Program-made: the position numbers and the translations under genes
Part shown: positions 26,972-29,962 of the stretch, piece by piece
Numbering within the stretch: position 1 is the stretch's first letter
Layout: each line of letters starts with the position of its first letter
The notes under the pieces: model-generated
What the model saw: the letters and a program-made list of their open reading frames with translations, nothing else
What the model was told of the DNA's origin: nothing
Database searches by the model: none
Source: a virus
Lineage: Duplodnaviria; Caudoviricetes
DNA length: 29,962 nucleotides
Direction: 5' to 3' (one strand)
IMG/VR virus record: IMGVR_UViG_3300020269_000031
Span: 1 to 29,962 of that record

Positions 26972-27305
26972 TACACAAGGGATGAGTGGTCCTGCTGATC
27001 CTAATTTCAAGGGTAGACCATTAGAAGAACAGCAAAGAGACCTTCCTAAGTCTACCGTTACACCTCGTAGGTTATTCACTGAGATGTATGTTAAGGAGAT
27101 GAAGATCCTTATCAATGAAGTCTTAGATGAGCGTGAACATAAGAAGAGGATGGCAGGTGCATATGATGATGTTGAACCTTTACCACCATCATACTTTGAT
27201 ACTAAACACTTCCAACATATTGTTGGGGAAGAGGAACCACCGTATCAAGATTGGTCACAGACTGATAAACCAAAAAAGAATTATAATCCAGGATATTATC
27301 AATGA
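26961..27305 (+). CDS. Hypothetical protein
   Basis: GGAGG RBS; overlaps the pyrE stop and is ATGA-coupled to the next gene. Confidence 0.65.
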   Translation: MKIDTQGMSGPADPNFKGRPLEEQQRDLPKSTVTPRRLFTEMYVKEMKILINEVLDEREHKKRMAGAYDDVEPLPPSYFDTKHFQHIVGEEEPPYQDWSQTDKPKKNYNPGYYQ

Positions 27306-27490
27306 AATTAACACAAGAAGTAATTGACCAGATTCAAGAGGCAATGAACCATACTAAGATGAATGGTGATCCTAACTGGTTGGATGGTGATGAACTTGAA
27401 GTATGTCTTGCAGGAACGTTTGCTGCTGATAAGTTCATCTCTATTATTAATAGAAGAACTAATCCCAGACCAAAGAAAAAGGAGGATTAA
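27302..27490 (+). CDS. Hypothetical protein
   Basis: ATGA-coupled 62-aa ORF. Confidence 0.65.
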   Translation: MKLTQEVIDQIQEAMNHTKMNGDPNWLDGDELEVCLAGTFAADKFISIINRRTNPRPKKKED

Positions 27491-27492
27491 TT

Positions 27493-27570
27493 ATGTGGTA
27501 TGTTATAGGATGGACAATAGTTACAATGTGGTTACTGTCTAAGTTTGGTGTCTTTAAAAAGAAGAAATGA
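27493..27570 (+). CDS. Small membrane peptide, 25 aa (MWYVIGWTIVTMWLLSKFGVFKKKK), not in the ORF track
   Basis: GGAGG at 27481-27485; fills the gap exactly; its stop overlaps the purM ATG (ATGA); hydrophobic helix plus basic tail. Confidence 0.65.
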   Translation: MWYVIGWTIVTMWLLSKFGVFKKKK

Positions 27571-28502
27571 ATTACAAAGATTCTGGTGTTGATATAGAAG
27601 CAGGTAATGCTTTTGTTGAAAGACTTAAGAAGAAAGCACCTTCCATTGGTGGATTCAATGGAATGATGGAGGTTCCTTCTGGTTTTGAGGAACCTGTTTT
27701 AGTATCTGGAACTGATGGGGTAGGTACTAAGATTAATATTGCACAAGTATCTGGTGACTGGACAACCATTGGTATAGATCTAGTTGCTATGTGTGTTAAT
27801 GATGTGATCACATGTGGTGCTAAACCATTACACTTCTTAGATTATATCTCAACTAAAAAGTTAGATGATAGATTAGATGACATAATGGATGGCATCCTTA
27901 AAGGATGTGAGTTAGCAGAGATGGAACTGTTGGGTGGTGAGACTGCTGAACATGGTAGGTTTGCTAGAGATATTGATCTAGCAGGATTTTGTACAGGTAT
28001 TGTAGAGAAGAGTGAGATAGTTGATGGTCGTCTTATTAAAAAAGGAGATGTGATTCTTGGTATAGAAAGTAGTGGGTTGCATAGTAATGGGTACAGTCTT
28101 ATCAATGATATGTTATGGCGACATAAGATAAGATGGGATGATACTCCTGAGTTACTTACTCCTACTAGAATCTATGCACCATTGGTACAGTATCTTTTAG
28201 ATGAGATACCTATCCTAGGTATGGCACACATAACAGGTGGAGGAATTCCTGGTAACCTACCACGTTGTATTCCAGATGGTCTGGAAGCACACGTTGATTA
28301 TAATTCTTGGAGACTACCAGAGATATTCAGTAAGGTTATGCTTGCTGGTGAGATACCAGAGGAAGAGATGAAGACTACCTTTAACTTAGGTATAGGTTAT
28401 TGTTTAGTAGTTCCTGATGAACAGGTTGCAGTGGATGCTCAAGTAATAATTGATGGTCACGGATTTAAATCACACATTATTGGAGAGGTAGTATGCGATT
28501 AG
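27567..28502 (+). CDS. purM: Phosphoribosylaminoimidazole (AIR) synthetase
   Basis: YKDSGVDIEAG, GTDGVGTK, GIDLVAMCVND, GGETAE, SSGLHSNGYSL, AHITGGG, FNLGIG. Confidence 0.97.
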   Translation: MNYKDSGVDIEAGNAFVERLKKKAPSIGGFNGMMEVPSGFEEPVLVSGTDGVGTKINIAQVSGDWTTIGIDLVAMCVNDVITCGAKPLHFLDYISTKKLDDRLDDIMDGILKGCELAEMELLGGETAEHGRFARDIDLAGFCTGIVEKSEIVDGRLIKKGDVILGIESSGLHSNGYSLINDMLWRHKIRWDDTPELLTPTRIYAPLVQYLLDEIPILGMAHITGGGIPGNLPRCIPDGLEAHVDYNSWRLPEIFSKVMLAGEIPEEEMKTTFNLGIGYCLVVPDEQVAVDAQVIIDGHGFKSHIIGEVVCD

Positions 28503-29023
28503 GAGTCATGTGTTCTGGCAAAGGATCAAACTTTGAGAACATAGTTCGTACATGTAAAGATCATGAGGTAGTTCTTATGATACACAATAAGGAGAAGTGT
28601 GGTGCTGCTAAGAGAGCAGACAAGTTAGGCATACCTCATTGTTGTATTAAGATGGCAAATGAGGATCAAATTATTCAACTCTTCAAAGCATGGAGAGTAG
28701 ATCTTATTGTTCTTGCTGGATGGATGAGAGTATTATCTAAAGACTTTATTGATGCATTTCCTGATCAAATTATAAACATTCACCCTTCTTTATTACCTAA
28801 GTATAAAGGTCTTCATGCTATTGAACAGACCTTTGAGAGTAATGATACTCTTGCTGGGTGTACAGTACATATGGTGACAGAAGAGTTAGATTCTGGTAGG
28901 ATACTAGAACAAAGTGCTATTCCTATAGAAGTTAATGATACTATTGAGTCATTGACTGAACGAATACATAGAGAAGAGTATCGTATTCTTCCATTAGCGA
29001 TTGATAGATATGCAAAGTCTTGA
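28493..29023 (+). CDS. purN: Phosphoribosylglycinamide formyltransferase
   Basis: SGKGSN, LAGWMR, NIHPSLLP, GCTVH, D.G.I..Q. Confidence 0.96.
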   Translation: MRLGVMCSGKGSNFENIVRTCKDHEVVLMIHNKEKCGAAKRADKLGIPHCCIKMANEDQIIQLFKAWRVDLIVLAGWMRVLSKDFIDAFPDQIINIHPSLLPKYKGLHAIEQTFESNDTLAGCTVHMVTEELDSGRILEQSAIPIEVNDTIESLTERIHREEYRILPLAIDRYAKS

Positions 29024-29576
29024 TTTATTTCCTACAACAATATGGGCAGAGAAGTTAGACCTTGATAATAAAAAGATTCTTGAACATATTCATGAGTTTA
29101 AGAAGGTAACTGAGTGTGCTGAGTTTAGTAATGTTGGTGGGTGGCAAGGACATAAGTTTGAGAATGATGAATTAGTAAATGCTATTAGAGATAATGTACC
29201 TAGGAATCCTAACTCTCGACATTATAATGTTAACGATCCATTTCCTAGAGGATTAGTAGTTCATTCGTGGGTTAATATTAATGGTAAGGGTGCATATAAT
29301 TTAAGACATAATCATGTTGATACTCAGGTTCTTATCTGTGGTGTGTATTATGTCAAAGTTCCTGAGAATTCTGGTAGTATTAGGTTCTATGATCCTAGAG
29401 GACACATGGTAACAGCGTTCCCAGATTCAACATATTATTATGATGGTATACAATATCAAACTGTTGATCCTGAAGAGGGTATGATTTTATACTTCCCACA
29501 TTGGTTGGAGCATGAGGTAACGGCAAACTCTACAGATGAGGAACGGGTATCCGTATCGTTTAATATTTTATGGTAA
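29010..29576 (+). CDS. Putative 2OG-Fe(II) oxygenase (TIGR02466-like)
   Basis: LFPT.I, SN.GGWQ, WVNIN, HNH, GVYYV, F.DPR, FP.WL.H.V, RVSVSFN. Confidence 0.85.
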   Translation: MQSLDLFPTTIWAEKLDLDNKKILEHIHEFKKVTECAEFSNVGGWQGHKFENDELVNAIRDNVPRNPNSRHYNVNDPFPRGLVVHSWVNINGKGAYNLRHNHVDTQVLICGVYYVKVPENSGSIRFYDPRGHMVTAFPDSTYYYDGIQYQTVDPEEGMILYFPHWLEHEVTANSTDEERVSVSFNILW

Positions 29577-29613
29577 AGAAAGTATAAAAATGTATCACAT
29601 TACACCAAAGTTC

Positions 29614-29642
29614 TTGCATAAATAATTGAAATGTGTTATTAT
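29614..29642 (+). promoter_or_regulatory. Sigma70-like promoter with an embedded late promoter
   Basis: TTGCAT (29614-19), 17 nt spacer, TATTAT (29637-42) with an extended -10 TG; CATAAATA at 29617-24. The predicted start site (~29648-49) coincides with the 5' end of the first aptamer. Confidence 0.7.
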
Positions 29643-29648
29643 TAACAC

Positions 29649-29693
29649 ATCGTTCATCCCATTAGGGACGCAAGTAAGCCGACTCGGAACGGA
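29649..29693 (+). ncRNA. Downstream-peptide (glutamine-II riboswitch)-like aptamer, copy 1
   Basis: ATCGTTCA-TCCC-ATTA-GGGA-CGCA...GGAACG: P1 CGTTC/GAACG, P2 TCCC/GGGA and the CGCA element; lies upstream of a YRG-motif peptide gene, the known context of this motif. Confidence 0.75.
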
Positions 29694-29904
29694 ATCGTTC
29701 ATCCCATGATTCATCTACTCGGAATAATGCTTGCCTCTGCCACTACCTGTTCAGATATTTCTGAGAAGGTAGAGAGAGCAAGGAACCACAAACAACTATC
29801 ACAAGAAGCGAAAGCAGAAGTGATAGAACTCTATCAAATTTATTTGACAGAGGCTGTGGGTCTAGAGTGTGATTGGGACGCAAAAGCCGACTAAAGGAAC
29901 GGAA
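29694..29904 (+). ncRNA. Glutamine-II-like aptamer, copy 2, with a ~167-nt coding insertion in the P2 loop
   Basis: 5' half ATCGTTCATCCCA (29694-29706) and 3' half TGGGACGCAAAAGCCGACTAAAGGAACGGAA (29874-29904) match copy 1; P1 and P2 (TCCCA/TGGGA) complementarity is retained. Confidence 0.65.
29706..29894 (+). CDS. 62-aa hypothetical protein nested in aptamer copy 2
   Basis: Open frame with hydrophobic N-terminus and two Cys; the C-terminal WDAKAD* is encoded by the 3' half of the aptamer. Confidence 0.65.
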   Translation: MIHLLGIMLASATTCSDISEKVERARNHKQLSQEAKAEVIELYQIYLTEAVGLECDWDAKAD

Positions 29905-29936
29905 TTAAAAACCCAACTACTTTAGGAGTTAATCCA

Positions 29937-29962
29937 ATGGCACAAGTCACATACCGTGGTGT
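29937..29962 (+). CDS. DUF4278-like YRG-motif small protein (3' truncated)
   Basis: AGGAG RBS at 29924-28, then MAQVTYRG(V); the motif and its position after Downstream-peptide aptamers fit. Only 8 complete codons are visible. Confidence 0.7.

Noticed and set aside
7190-28105. Remaining short nested or antisense ORFs in the track (e.g. 7627-7809, 9735-9932, 12657-12842, 17428-17682, 23382-23579, 26196-26462, 27572-27811, 27842-28105)
   Set aside because: They lie within well-supported genes, on the opposite strand or in another frame, and show no recognisable motifs
29649-29904. CRISPR-like or attachment-site reading of the ATCGTTCATCCCA and GGAACGGAA repeats
   Set aside because: Only two copies, no regular spacers and no cas or integrase gene. 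The internal pairing and downstream YRG peptide fit a riboswitch better.
1-29962. tRNA/rRNA genes, introns, inteins, homing endonucleases, transposases
   Set aside because: None recognised. Intergenic gaps are short and explained by promoters or terminators, and the enzyme genes have normal lengths.

Overview
This window looks like a segment of a large T4-like cyanophage (cyanomyovirus; gene content resembles Prochlorococcus/Synechococcus myoviruses of the P-SSM2 type). The evidence is dense + strand coding, NATAAATA T4-type late promoters and cyanophage-type accessory genes. From left to right it contains: (1) virion structural/tail-fibre genes, including a truncated repeat protein in frame +2 that the ORF track missed, an Mtd_N-like protein, a 1386-aa fibre protein, three tandem Cys/Gly-rich paralogs and a tail-assembly chaperone; (2) a ~10 kb modification cluster with a GT9-like glycosyltransferase, a NodU/CmcH carbamoyltransferase, two flavin-dependent halogenases, three 2OG-Fe(II) oxygenases and most of an ADP-heptose pathway (split HldE halves, HAD phosphatase, cupin, HldD); (3) another structural protein, a glutaredoxin, a ferredoxin-dependent bilin reductase and a second carbamoyltransferase; (4) small hypothetical genes plus pyrE, purM and purN; (5) at the right end, a promoter followed by two tandem Downstream-peptide (glutamine-II riboswitch)-like aptamers in front of a truncated YRG-motif (DUF4278-like) gene. 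The second aptamer has a complete 62-codon ORF threaded through it, with its start codon in the 5' strand of P2 and its stop codon in the 3' half of the aptamer. That nested ORF/riboswitch unit and the putative virion-decoration cluster are the two most interesting candidates. All family assignments come from motif recognition by eye; no database searches were run.
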